Shown one piece after another: positions 45,930 to 55,110 of a stretch of DNA of 64,000 bases. Under the pieces are notes generated by a model. That model did not search any database. It was not told the DNA's origin and saw only the letters and a program-made list of their open reading frames with translations. The DNA is from a virus, in the IMG/VR virus record IMGVR_UViG_3300044959_000131, positions 32,001 to 96,000 of that record. One strand, 5' to 3'. The translations under genes and the position numbers were made by a program. The first letter of the stretch is position 1; each line of letters starts with the position of its first letter.

Positions 45930-47383
45930 GACACGTCTTTTACGATCTTCATCGGAATCTTTGGGTCTTTGAAGTTAGCTTTCTTGAATGGATTGTTGAT
46001 AGGCCCAGGTCCTTGTTGAGGAGGCTTTTTTGCGTATGCTGATTTGTCGTCTTCATCAGCATCTAAATTGACGATTGTTCTTATGTAGTCGAAGTTAGTG
46101 GCAGGCTCCCCGTTGATGACGATCCCGTCGAACCTGCCTTCACGAAGACCTGGTGCTGTAATGTACAGCTCCGTCCTTCTGACGTTGTTCTCGTCGATTC
46201 GGTCCTTCTTTGAAATTCGGAACACAGCATCTGCGTCTTGACCGAATGCATCAGCATACGCCAGTTCTGTTAGATCCTCTCCCTTGGACTTGTCGGCGGC
46301 TCTGTTTGCCTGAGTCACTCCGATAATTGGTATGTCGAAATCTTGAGCCGTGAGCTTCAGATCTTGGGAGATGTGTGCAATGGCCTTCCAGTCAACGGTT
46401 CGCTGGCCGGAACGGTCATCCTTCATGAGGTACATTCCATCGACAATGACAAGGTCTGGCTTTACGTCCCGAATCTTCGACTGAAGCCAAGCAACGCCTC
46501 CACCGCCAGAGCCTCCAGAGGCGGCACTTCGGTCGGACGTAATGATGAAGCACGGTGGGCGACCGCCTTCCGTCGACAAGGATTTCTCGTCATCAAGGAG
46601 CTCTTTCAGCAACGTGAAGACATTTTGCTTGATGTGAGGTTGTAGAGTTCCGTTCTTGAATGCCTTGTAGTCAACTCCTGCGATAGTCGCGGCGACACGC
46701 TGAGCTACGAGGAGTGGACCCATCTCTCGAGTATAGAAGAGAACTCTCTTCCTCGAGTGTATATAGGCGTGGACGCCGATCTTGATGGCGACCCACGTCT
46801 TCATTGATTTTGGGCGACCGTACAGGATGATGAATTGGCTCCCCTGCATCCCCTGAGTTTCTTCGTTCAACTGATCCCATGGATAAGGGATGCCGAGTAA
46901 TCCATGTGCGGCTGCAACGGCCTCGTATCTATCTAGAAGAGTACTATATGCAGATGAGATTGGAAGATCCTCGCCGACTTCAGCTAGAGAAGCCATCTTG
47001 GCCGCTTCAGTTCTAAGAATTGAGATTGCCTCCATCGGGTCTTTGTCTACGATGGCCAACAGATCTTGTGATATTTTCCGAACCTCAAGCTTTATTCTCT
47101 CTCGGCGTAGGTGGTTACAGAGAATCGCTACAGAGTCGAATGCCGGTGCAAAAAAGAAGGACGGAAACCTAAGCTTCACCATCTCCGCACTCGGCACCTG
47201 GCCGTGGGAGTGCGGGTTGAAATACTCGCTCCGTATGTACCTGTAAACCTCACGAACTTCTGGACTCGTGAAGTAACTCTCGTCAATCTGTAGCTTTGTG
47301 AGAGTGTGGAAGTCTTTTGTGTTGATTACCTGTGTGATGAGAGCGTATTCGATGTTCGCAGACACGTAATCTCTTCCCCTCAA
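45926..47383 (-). CDS. dnaB: Replicative DnaB-family helicase (start may be GTG 47365)
   Basis: YGRPKSMKT Walker A; DLVIVDG; LKLTAQDFDIPIIGVTQANR; AYADAFGQDAD. Confidence 0.9.
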   Translation of the reverse strand: MRGRDYVSANIEYALITQVINTKDFHTLTKLQIDESYFTSPEVREVYRYIRSEYFNPHSHGQVPSAEMVKLRFPSFFFAPAFDSVAILCNHLRRERIKLEVRKISQDLLAIVDKDPMEAISILRTEAAKMASLAEVGEDLPISSAYSTLLDRYEAVAAAHGLLGIPYPWDQLNEETQGMQGSQFIILYGRPKSMKTWVAIKIGVHAYIHSRKRVLFYTREMGPLLVAQRVAATIAGVDYKAFKNGTLQPHIKQNVFTLLKELLDDEKSLSTEGGRPPCFIITSDRSAASGGSGGGGVAWLQSKIRDVKPDLVIVDGMYLMKDDRSGQRTVDWKAIAHISQDLKLTAQDFDIPIIGVTQANRAADKSKGEDLTELAYADAFGQDADAVFRISKKDRIDENNVRRTELYITAPGLREGRFDGIVINGEPATNFDYIRTIVNLDADEDDKSAYAKKPPQQGPGPINNPFKKANFKDPKIPMKIVKDVS

Positions 47384-47498
47384 CGAGTGAAGATTGAAAG
47401 GGTCCCTGACGGCTGAGGCTTACGCCTCAGCCGTCGGTCTTCCTTATCCCGAAGAATGATGGTTTCTTACTATCGCCTTCGTTCAGAAGGCGGTGCCC
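47384..47498 (-). promoter_or_regulatory. Structured 5' leader of the helicase-primase-SSB operon (candidate cis-regulatory RNA)
   Basis: 12-bp perfect stem GACGGCTGAGGC-GTAA-GCCTCAGCCGTC (47408-35, GNRA loop on the - strand, no U-tract) and a 7-bp stem CGCCTTC-TGAAC-GAAGGCG. Confidence 0.5.
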
Positions 47499-47526
47499 AT
47501 ACTACTCTTCGAAGTGTCCGAGTCAA
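47499..47526 (-). promoter_or_regulatory. sigma70-like promoter upstream of dnaB
   Basis: TTGACT (47526-21), 16-nt spacer, TAGTAT (47504-499) on the - strand. Confidence 0.55.
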
Positions 47527-47832
47527 CTAGAGGCCTGGTATCTCATCCTCTAGAGGCATTTCGTGTTCATGGACTCTATCGGTAGTAGGTCCATCGGAGA
47601 ATACGACCGTGCAGATGTCCTTCTCCATCGAGTTGATGAGCTCGTTGAACTTCGTTGCGGTCTCATCGCTCCATGTGGAGAATGTCCCAGATCCAAATAG
47701 CTCGCCAGTTGTCGAGTTCATCAATACAAACTTGGCCTCGACCCCAGCACCTGGGATTTGTGGTCTTGTTACGAGGGTAAGCTCGACAACCTTGACCGCG
47801 TCGATTCTGCAGGTTCCTTGTCCCTTTGTCAT
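47527..47832 (-). CDS. Hypothetical protein
   Basis: 101 aa, starting 1 nt after the upstream stop. Confidence 0.7.
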   Translation of the reverse strand: MTKGQGTCRIDAVKVVELTLVTRPQIPGAGVEAKFVLMNSTTGELFGSGTFSTWSDETATKFNELINSMEKDICTVVFSDGPTTDRVHEHEMPLEDEIPGL

Positions 47833-47833
47833 C

Positions 47834-48166
47834 TTAGAAAGGTGACTTTTTCTGACGGCTCTTCATGAGCTCTTGCTCAGCGAGTTTCTGATGCTCGACG
47901 CAATACTCCCTCGCCAGTTTACCAGCAAGGTCGATCGCCTGTTCAATTGTTTCTGCATCTTGGTTACAGCTCAGGGTGACTGTGACCATTGCTCCAGCTC
48001 CTGAACCGAACTCCTTGAGAGACATATCGGCTGATACTGAGACTCTGGCCTTAGCGTCACCTAGAAGCTTCTTGTAAATGTCCATGTAGCTCTCCGGTAG
48101 ATCAAACTGACCGATTTCGATTTGGTCTCCCCACGTCCTTGAGATTGAAACTTTTGGAAGCTGCAT
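47834..48166 (-). CDS. Hypothetical protein
   Basis: TGATG coupling at 48166. ARVSVSADMSLKEFGSGAGAMVTVTLSCNQD. Confidence 0.7.
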   Translation of the reverse strand: MQLPKVSISRTWGDQIEIGQFDLPESYMDIYKKLLGDAKARVSVSADMSLKEFGSGAGAMVTVTLSCNQDAETIEQAIDLAGKLAREYCVEHQKLAEQELMKSRQKKSPF

Positions 48167-48759
48167 CAATCATCCTTTTTCTTCTCTCCGAAGAAAGCGA
48201 TGGGCTTTGGACCTTTCACCGTAGGGGTTCCTTCTTTCTCGTCGTAAACACCTTCGATGACGTCTGTGTGTCCATGAAGCTTTAGCCACTGCATGATTCC
48301 GTCATAGTCGACAACGAATTCGTTTCTGACGAGGTGATATTCGCGACCATCTTTGGATACTCCCTTCAACGCCATCATCTCATCGAAGAATCCCTTCCTT
48401 TTCGCAAGCTCTATTAAAGTCGATGCATCGATTGATCGCCTCGTAAATGACGATACGGTGAAAGGTCCATATGTCAGTGTCGTCGGTTTTCCATCTGGAC
48501 CGCGCCATTGTGACGACCCGAGCTGGACGGCGGATCTCATTGCGTTCTTTGCCGTCAAGAGCTTTGAGTTTCTGTCCTCAAGAAGCCTTTTTAATTCCTC
48601 CAATACGAGTTTGAACTCTTCGATGATTCGCTCTACAGGCACGTCTGGAACGATGAGTTCCTTCAAGATTAGGCCCGACATGAACCTCTCTTCCAGTTCA
48701 GCGTACTTTCTGTCTGCCTCAACGAAATCATCGACAGCCTTCTCGTACTCCGGTTTCAT
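48166..48759 (-). CDS. Hypothetical protein (coiled coil plus beta C-terminus)
   Basis: ATGA-coupled to the UDG gene. 197 aa. Confidence 0.7.
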   Translation of the reverse strand: MKPEYEKAVDDFVEADRKYAELEERFMSGLILKELIVPDVPVERIIEEFKLVLEELKRLLEDRNSKLLTAKNAMRSAVQLGSSQWRGPDGKPTTLTYGPFTVSSFTRRSIDASTLIELAKRKGFFDEMMALKGVSKDGREYHLVRNEFVVDYDGIMQWLKLHGHTDVIEGVYDEKEGTPTVKGPKPIAFFGEKKKDD

Positions 48760-49580
48760 GAAATTCCTCTGTTCGGCTGTGGGATACCGAAGTTCTTCTC
48801 CATCAGAAAGTCATACACTCTGAACGCTTTCATGAAGTCCATCAGCGTCTTCGAGTAGTCACCGCCTGGTACATTCCAATCAGCTTTTCTTAAGAGGTAC
48901 GACGGGTGGAGGGTGATGATGACTGGGTAGGTTAGCTCTCCGACCTTACCTTTCATTCTCATGTCGAACAGCTCGCCTCGTTTCGTCGTCACCTCGAGCT
49001 TCTTGTTTATCAAAGTCTCAGCAGCAGTTTTTCCAGAAGCAATGATGACGATTGGATCGACGATGTAGATGATGTTCATCAATCGCTCGTTACAAGCCTT
49101 TATCTCTGGGGGTATTGGCTGTCTATTCTCTGGTGGCCTACAGCTTACGATGTTCGTTATGAAGACGTTTTTCTCTCTCCATCTGAACATGAAGTCGTGA
49201 AATTCACGCTCGGCGTTCCTTGAACGTGTGCTCTTGAGGTATTTGACGTACTCTGTCTTTACCTCCTGGTCTGCTGCTGTAGCCGCCAATATCTGGTTCA
49301 GAAGTTTACCGGAGCGACCGACGAAGGGTACCAGTTCCTTCATCTCTTCCTCTCCTGGAGCCTCTCCGACAATCATGACTCCGGAGTCCGGGTTCCCACT
49401 GCAGAATACGATGTCTTCTATCTCCTGACCATCATCAGTGCACCGGAAGTCTTTTAGACCGCATCTCTGACACTTGAACCACTGGTCATATAGAGATTGG
49501 AGCTGCTCTTCTTTTGAGCCGCGAAACGTGTGTATGACGGTTGCTGTATCTTCCTGTTGTTTGTTTGCCTTTTTTGTCAT
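48756..49580 (-). CDS. Family-4 uracil-DNA glycosylase (Fe-S type)
   Basis: CQRC..L...C, MIVGEAPG..E...PFVGRSGKLL, ITNIVSCRPPENR.P...EI.AC, TLHPSYLLR. Confidence 0.92.
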   Translation of the reverse strand: MTKKANKQQEDTATVIHTFRGSKEEQLQSLYDQWFKCQRCGLKDFRCTDDGQEIEDIVFCSGNPDSGVMIVGEAPGEEEMKELVPFVGRSGKLLNQILAATAADQEVKTEYVKYLKSTRSRNAEREFHDFMFRWREKNVFITNIVSCRPPENRQPIPPEIKACNERLMNIIYIVDPIVIIASGKTAAETLINKKLEVTTKRGELFDMRMKGKVGELTYPVIITLHPSYLLRKADWNVPGGDYSKTLMDFMKAFRVYDFLMEKNFGIPQPNRGIS

Positions 49581-49582
49581 TC

Positions 49583-50044
49583 CTACCTCTTGAATGGGCT
49601 GGTCACTCTTCTTTCAGGAAGAATAAGCCCAGCATCTTCAGCCTTGAGATGGACCTTTCTATCCAGGTATTCCTTGTATAGATTAAGGATAGCTAAGACG
49701 GTCTTCGGGCTCTGTGACACGACTCTGTACCAGCAGGTCGGAGCTATGTTGATTTGCCCTTGCTCGACAAGATCGAAATCTCCCATCATGTAGCTGAGTA
49801 TGACTCCATTCCCTTGCACCTGTTGTAATCGAAGAATCCTTTTTGGATTGTGTATGCAGATGAATCCGTTCTTCTTGAGTTTCTCATTGATATGATTGAA
49901 ATCATCGTCCTCGTGTAGCTCTGCCATGATCTGATCAGAACCGACGTGGAAGATGACCAAATTCTTGGCGATTACACCTCTTTGTTTCAGCTCATCGATT
50001 ACCTTGTTGACTTCTTCGTGACCATCAATCGTATTCTGAGTCAT
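49583..50044 (-). CDS. Hypothetical protein
   Basis: GGAGGAGG RBS. 153 aa. Confidence 0.7.
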   Translation of the reverse strand: MTQNTIDGHEEVNKVIDELKQRGVIAKNLVIFHVGSDQIMAELHEDDDFNHINEKLKKNGFICIHNPKRILRLQQVQGNGVILSYMMGDFDLVEQGQINIAPTCWYRVVSQSPKTVLAILNLYKEYLDRKVHLKAEDAGLILPERRVTSPFKR

Positions 50045-51488
50045 CTTCCTCCTCCTTCAACGATTTGAATTCTGCGTCGTACACGGCCTGCACGTCTGGC
50101 GGCAGAGTGCTTGGGACCTCGAAATCTGATGGTTTGAACACCTCAAATTTGAACCCCCAATGCCTCAAACTTGTACGGATGCTAGAACAGAGCTTCTTCA
50201 GTGGTGGAGCCATCCAGTCCTCGAAGACAATCATAACCGGATGCTTCTTACCTTCTCTGAACCTTTGAATACGGCCCATCGACTGCTGGAGAGCCACCTT
50301 CGACCTGAAAGGAGTCAACCAGAACAGAGTATCGAGTCTGTCATCATCAACGCCTACGGATCCGAGTCGCGCGATGGCAAAACAGAGTCGACTGTTTCTG
50401 AGTAGATCAGTCCGTTCGTTACGATCTGTCTCTGAGACAATGAGTGAAGACCCTGGAAACATCTTGTGGAAGAGCCTTAGCTGAGCCTTTGAATGAGACA
50501 GGCAAAGTATCTTTCTTCCGTTGTCGAGAGCGCGTTTGATGCACCAATATCTGTATGTGTTCCCGGATAGGTCTTTCCCTAGAATCGTTCTTAGAATTGA
50601 GACGTTCGTTGTGTTGTTGATTTTGGCTTTCTCGAAATCAATCCTTGCCGGAGTCTGTTGGAAGTAAATGTACGGTATCAGGTCTTGTTTCAGGTCCGTG
50701 TAGAACGGCTCTCCAATGTGGTATCGATAGATTGGGTCGAGCCCATCTTCCCTCTGCACGGTCGCTGTAAGACCGATACGGTCGCCGTAGAAAGGGGATG
50801 CTGTCAGGCTGAAGACAGGTGCACCAATCTGATGTACCTCGTCGTAGATGATTTGTCCGAAGTATCTGAATAACTCTTCAGGAATCCGCCCATCACGAAT
50901 CTGAAGAGCAAGTGTGGTCACCAAGGCCAATGTGACTGGATGCTTCCAATCAAACGTTTTTCCTTGGATGATACCCAGCTTGCCATGAAACCTCAGACCT
51001 GGAGGTGTCTCGCCGTCTCCGTATATTGACCTCTTCCATTGGTCCAGAATTCCGCCATCTGGAACGATGACTAGAGTTGGAACCCCTCTCTGAGCGATCT
51101 TTTTGATAGCGAGTTTTGTCTTACCCTTCCCACACCCCAAGTTGAGGATTCCATTGTCGTTCTGAGCTAACGCCTGCCACGCCTTTTCTTGCTCTTCGTT
51201 TCTCGGAACGACCAAATCCTCGAACTCGACTTTTTCAAACTCTGGACTGATGTCTACAAACGGAAACTTGTAGTTGACGTACTCAGATGGTCTTAGAAAC
51301 TCCCTCGGGCAAATGATGTGGTGCTTAGTCTCAGACCACATCCTATGAGTTTCTTGCTTCCCCTGAACGTTAACAGTGAATTCCAGAGCTCGTTGAACTG
51401 GTCCAACTCGAATTCCGGACTTTGGGAGCCATAGGCTGTTTGAGACGTAAGCTTTATCGGGTTCTTTCTCAACGAACTCCAGAATCAT
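50025..51488 (-). CDS. Superfamily II DNA/RNA helicase (UvsW/ResIII-like)
   Basis: PRNEEQEKA, GCGKGKT, TLVIVP, IYDEVH, GLTAT, QSMGRIQR. Confidence 0.9.
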   Translation of the reverse strand: MILEFVEKEPDKAYVSNSLWLPKSGIRVGPVQRALEFTVNVQGKQETHRMWSETKHHIICPREFLRPSEYVNYKFPFVDISPEFEKVEFEDLVVPRNEEQEKAWQALAQNDNGILNLGCGKGKTKLAIKKIAQRGVPTLVIVPDGGILDQWKRSIYGDGETPPGLRFHGKLGIIQGKTFDWKHPVTLALVTTLALQIRDGRIPEELFRYFGQIIYDEVHQIGAPVFSLTASPFYGDRIGLTATVQREDGLDPIYRYHIGEPFYTDLKQDLIPYIYFQQTPARIDFEKAKINNTTNVSILRTILGKDLSGNTYRYWCIKRALDNGRKILCLSHSKAQLRLFHKMFPGSSLIVSETDRNERTDLLRNSRLCFAIARLGSVGVDDDRLDTLFWLTPFRSKVALQQSMGRIQRFREGKKHPVMIVFEDWMAPPLKKLCSSIRTSLRHWGFKFEVFKPSDFEVPSTLPPDVQAVYDAEFKSLKEEEDDSEYD

Positions 51489-51501
51489 TTGTACCTCCTA
51501 C

Positions 51502-52125
51502 CTACTTATTCTCCTTGTCGTTTTTAGGCGCCCACAAGAATTGTCTGACGCCGAGAAGTAACTCACCTAGTGCTGACTCAACGGACGCAAGTAGCATGTT
51601 CTTCGCGACTCGCTGAACAAAATTCTCGTTTCCGAGCTGTGGCCGCATGACACTTGGAGTGCCCTTGAGAGCGGAAAACAGTGGGTCTTGGAACTGCCCG
51701 TACCGATCGTCGATGACGGGTATCAATGAATTGACTACGGTTGGTTGCTGAACAACTGTCCTCACCTGTGTCGGAGCCTGTATCGGAGCCTGCGGAGCAG
51801 GTTTTACTGGAATGACTTGTGGAGCAGCTGGTGGAGGTTGTGGGGCTTGAATAACCTGAGGCGTTGCGTACTGGGACTGTGGCTGGAACTGGCTAAAGTA
51901 GCTAGCCACTGGTGCCGGAACCGCTGTAGATACCGGAGCTGTCGTAGATACTGGAGCTGGGGCCGCTGTCTTGGACTTAATGGCCTGGTCCCGACACGTA
52001 TTTTGGAACCCACAGGCTCTGCACTCTCTATCCTCGTTGTCGTACTTTGAAGTTCCCCAACATGGTGGTCTCGGACCTAAAAGTTGAGAAGTCCCTGAAG
52101 GGTCTCCGTATCTAAAAACTGTCAT
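51502..52125 (-). CDS. Protein with an N-terminal Cys cluster and a Pro/Gln/Ala-rich linker
   Basis: PPCWG...ECRACGFQNTC. GGAGG RBS. First gene of the - block. Confidence 0.7.
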   Translation of the reverse strand: MTVFRYGDPSGTSQLLGPRPPCWGTSKYDNEDRECRACGFQNTCRDQAIKSKTAAPAPVSTTAPVSTAVPAPVASYFSQFQPQSQYATPQVIQAPQPPPAAPQVIPVKPAPQAPIQAPTQVRTVVQQPTVVNSLIPVIDDRYGQFQDPLFSALKGTPSVMRPQLGNENFVQRVAKNMLLASVESALGELLLGVRQFLWAPKNDKENK

Positions 52126-52201
52126 TGAACCTCCGAATGATAAGTCCGCACTGCAAAGTACTTATCCCGACAGTTTGGCCTTTATTGGTAACCCGTTTTG
52201 A

Positions 52202-52231
52202 TTGACCGAGACCCTGAATAGGGCTTAAACT
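52202..52231 (+). promoter_or_regulatory. sigma70-like promoter for the head/portal operon
   Basis: TTGACC (52202-07), 18-nt spacer, TAAACT (52226-31). AGGAG RBS precedes ATG 52263. Confidence 0.5.
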
Positions 52232-52262
52232 GGGAGAGATAACTCCACTGCAGGAGAAACAA

Positions 52263-53639
52263 ATGAAGACCGCGGGCGTCGTTCTCGATTTCTACGATGA
52301 TGTTTCTGGTGCTTATCTCAAGAGGTTATTCCCATCCCCTGATGAACTACCAGAGTGCATTAAGACGGCTCACATTTTGACGCCAGAAGAGAGAGAGGTT
52401 CTTAGAGACGAGGCGTACGCCCTTATCATGAATCAGAACGGCAAAGTTCTACGCAAGTTTGCATGTGTAGATGAGGGCAACACAGTTCTCTCTGTTCTCT
52501 ACTTCTTGGCTAACAAGGACAAGCTTCCAGAGGAAGCAGTAAAAACAGCAGCCGCGAACCTATCATACTTTTGTGAAGAGTTCGGCCTGCCGATTCCTAA
52601 GACCGTAAAGCTGGCAGCTCGGTCTGGGATGGCACGGACCCGGGACCCAATCAAGCAGCCCATTCTCGGAGACTCCGCAGATTGGGCTCAGCGAACCAAC
52701 CTCGTTTCGGTTCGTGGAGGAGCAGACCAAGGCCGCGTCATACCAACTGCTAGTCAAATGAAGACAGCAGAAAAGAAGCAATCGAGCGATCGTGGAACAG
52801 GAGCGACTAACCTTGGTGGTGGTGAGGTTCTCACAGACGACAAGCGTCACATCGGCGTCAAATCCAAGATGCCAAGGCTGAATGAGAACGACAGAATCAA
52901 CCTCGATAGTTTCCACCGCCTCAATCCGAGTGCGAAGCCAAAGACCACGATGGTTGACGTCACCGGTAAAGAGACGAAGCCAAAAGTAAAGAGGTCTTCT
53001 GCGAATCTAACTGCCCTTGGAGGAAGATACCCACTCGACTCGATGGCTGATGTTCAAAAGGCGATTCAGTACTTCGAAGAGAATCGCAAGGAGATGGAGC
53101 CGATCGAGGTTCATATCTTCGCCGTCAAGACAGCAGCGCGCGCCGAAGAGCTCGGGTTGCCGATTCCTGAAGACATGCGCAGATACGGCTCAATCGAGTT
53201 CGCCCCAGACGTAGACTTCCACATGGCTAATAGGCTGGCTGTCTGCGCACCTGAGTACAAAGAGTTGTACACAACTCTGCGAGAGAAGAGAGCTTACATG
53301 GAGCCAGAAGAGTTCGCTGAACTCCTGACACAAGCTGATACCGTGTCCAATCTTCGATGGTATTGGGGAGGTGAGATTGCCGATCCCTACTACGCAACGT
53401 TCGGCAAGACGGCTTCTTCTTGGAGCTGGCAAAGCAGGACCGGGGACTTCGTCTCAGAGGACGACCTCAAGTGGCTCGCCAGAAATGGTCGTCCTCTCAT
53501 TCACAAACACTTCTCAAGCGAGCTTGTGAATGAGTTCATCAAGGATCCTATTGCCATCTTTGAGTCTCTACCAGATGACTCAAAGGTGATTATTGCTCGC
53601 TTGGCCGCAGATAGATTCGATGGATTGGGGGCAAACTGA
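52263..53639 (+). CDS. KTA-repeat-rich protein, probably a head/prohead component
   Basis: Six K-T-A and one K-L-A tripeptides in 458 aa. First gene of the operon that ends in the portal. Confidence 0.6.
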   Translation: MKTAGVVLDFYDDVSGAYLKRLFPSPDELPECIKTAHILTPEEREVLRDEAYALIMNQNGKVLRKFACVDEGNTVLSVLYFLANKDKLPEEAVKTAAANLSYFCEEFGLPIPKTVKLAARSGMARTRDPIKQPILGDSADWAQRTNLVSVRGGADQGRVIPTASQMKTAEKKQSSDRGTGATNLGGGEVLTDDKRHIGVKSKMPRLNENDRINLDSFHRLNPSAKPKTTMVDVTGKETKPKVKRSSANLTALGGRYPLDSMADVQKAIQYFEENRKEMEPIEVHIFAVKTAARAEELGLPIPEDMRRYGSIEFAPDVDFHMANRLAVCAPEYKELYTTLREKRAYMEPEEFAELLTQADTVSNLRWYWGGEIADPYYATFGKTASSWSWQSRTGDFVSEDDLKWLARNGRPLIHKHFSSELVNEFIKDPIAIFESLPDDSKVIIARLAADRFDGLGAN

Positions 53640-54112
53640 TGCTACACTCAACTGTTGAAGGGTTCATGTCTGGTCTCAAGGCTCTTCCAAAGGTCGGGCC
53701 AGAACGTGGTCGATTCATCACTGCTCATATGAGCCACGCACCGTTTCAATCTGCTCTGCAGGCGCATCCGCAGGGTCCTCAAATCCGTTCTATGTTGAAT
53801 CAGTACCTCAATTCGAAAGCCAATGCTGGATTGAGGCCTGGTTCCACGGTAACGAAAGCTGCGTCTATATACGCCTTCTTCGACGAACTCTACAAGATTG
53901 CGGACGCCGGTCATATTGCCGAGCTTACCGGTCTTGGAATTCTCGCAGCACCGAGCGTCAAGACTCTGTTAGACCCAAAAGCATCTAATAAGGAGAAGTC
54001 TCACGCCAAGTTTGAAACAGTAGGACTTGGAGTTCTCGCGGCGCCGAGCGCTTACAAGCTCCTTACAAAGAGGGCGGCCAGATACCACACTGGTTCACCA
54101 TACAGATGGTAG
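53639..54112 (+). CDS. Small protein with the FFDELYKIA motif and a duplicated GLG(I/V)LAAPS segment
   Basis: TGATG coupling. KAASIYAFFDELYKIAD; ELTGLGILAAPS and ETVGLGVLAAPS. Confidence 0.7.
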   Translation: MLHSTVEGFMSGLKALPKVGPERGRFITAHMSHAPFQSALQAHPQGPQIRSMLNQYLNSKANAGLRPGSTVTKAASIYAFFDELYKIADAGHIAELTGLGILAAPSVKTLLDPKASNKEKSHAKFETVGLGVLAAPSAYKLLTKRAARYHTGSPYRW

Positions 54113-54174
54113 CACCATCGGTCCGGTCAAGTGGTTTGATTACATGAATCGGTAAGTTCTTCAAGGGTTTATAA

Positions 54175-55110
54175 GTGCAAAATCCAGAACTCGACTTGTT
54201 TGAGCGCTTGAAGGGCGTAGCTAACGTCAAGCCAACGGCTCCTTCAGAGGGGTCCGCGATGGAAGAGGAGTTGAAAAAGTCGAACCCAGACTATTCGACT
54301 CCTCTCTCCATCAGCAACCTCTTCACTCATCACGATGTTCATCCAGTCGTTCTGGATTTTGCTCTCCTCAAAGCGTTCGGCACCGATTGGTTTGGATGGG
54401 ATACGACGACGGTCTTTCAGGAAATAAAGAGAGTTTTCTCTTCGCAGATTTCTGAACACTCTCGGGCGAAGATTCAGGCTGTCAAGACCCTACATCTCGT
54501 AGGAACACCTTGGACAAGTTGGCAGGTCTTCGAGAAGATCATCCAAGCATTGAATAACAACATTCCTAGATGGGAATTGATGCAGGCACCGACTCTTGAG
54601 CAGCTCTACGCCGGCATCGACATCATGGATGAGATTCGTAGAGAAGAATTCGACGACGAAGTCAAGCAGTACATGGCTGCTGCCGTTCTGAACGAGGACG
54701 TTTTCTTTGTACCCCCTCCTCTCGACTTCATTCAGCTTGAAGTCAGTCAGCCGCACTATGTCTGCTTGGACTGCGGCAATCAAGATTCTGCCCTTTTCAG
54801 CGACGGCACTTGTGATACCTGCACACGCAAGTACGCTCCAGAGAACGGACTTTCGTTCAGGCCGGATCCTGATGTTCTAGACAGTGGTAAGGGTAAGAAC
54901 CTTAAGCTTGTGCTGAGGTTCGACCCGAGCCCAGTTGAGGCTCGGTGGAACCAGGTTTCGCATATGGCGAGTAAGGATGTAGATCTGCAAGAGAATCAGG
55001 TTGACATCCAAGTTGCAAAGCTGCTCGTAGCAAGAGATTACATGAACATTCGCAGGCGTCAACTTGCGGATCAGCTCATCGCATTGAAGTCTTGGTTGGG
55101 GTCCGCATGA
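54175..55110 (+). CDS. Hypothetical protein with a CxxC...CxxC insert
   Basis: 311 aa, GTG start. CLDC and CDTC pairs. Its stop overlaps the next ATG. Confidence 0.7.
   Translation: MQNPELDLFERLKGVANVKPTAPSEGSAMEEELKKSNPDYSTPLSISNLFTHHDVHPVVLDFALLKAFGTDWFGWDTTTVFQEIKRVFSSQISEHSRAKIQAVKTLHLVGTPWTSWQVFEKIIQALNNNIPRWELMQAPTLEQLYAGIDIMDEIRREEFDDEVKQYMAAAVLNEDVFFVPPPLDFIQLEVSQPHYVCLDCGNQDSALFSDGTCDTCTRKYAPENGLSFRPDPDVLDSGKGKNLKLVLRFDPSPVEARWNQVSHMASKDVDLQENQVDIQVAKLLVARDYMNIRRRQLADQLIALKSWLGSA

Noticed and set aside
51913-51962. Short imperfect repeats (APVST x2), and similar ones at 33369 and 31900, as regulatory or diversity-generating repeats
   Set aside because: They are in-frame duplications within low-complexity or coiled-coil coding regions.
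4791-54158. Possible late-promoter motif TAA(A/C)CT at 4791, 7804 and 52226, and TAAGTT at 54153
   Set aside because: Too short, no shared upstream element, and indistinguishable from generic -10 boxes with so few examples.
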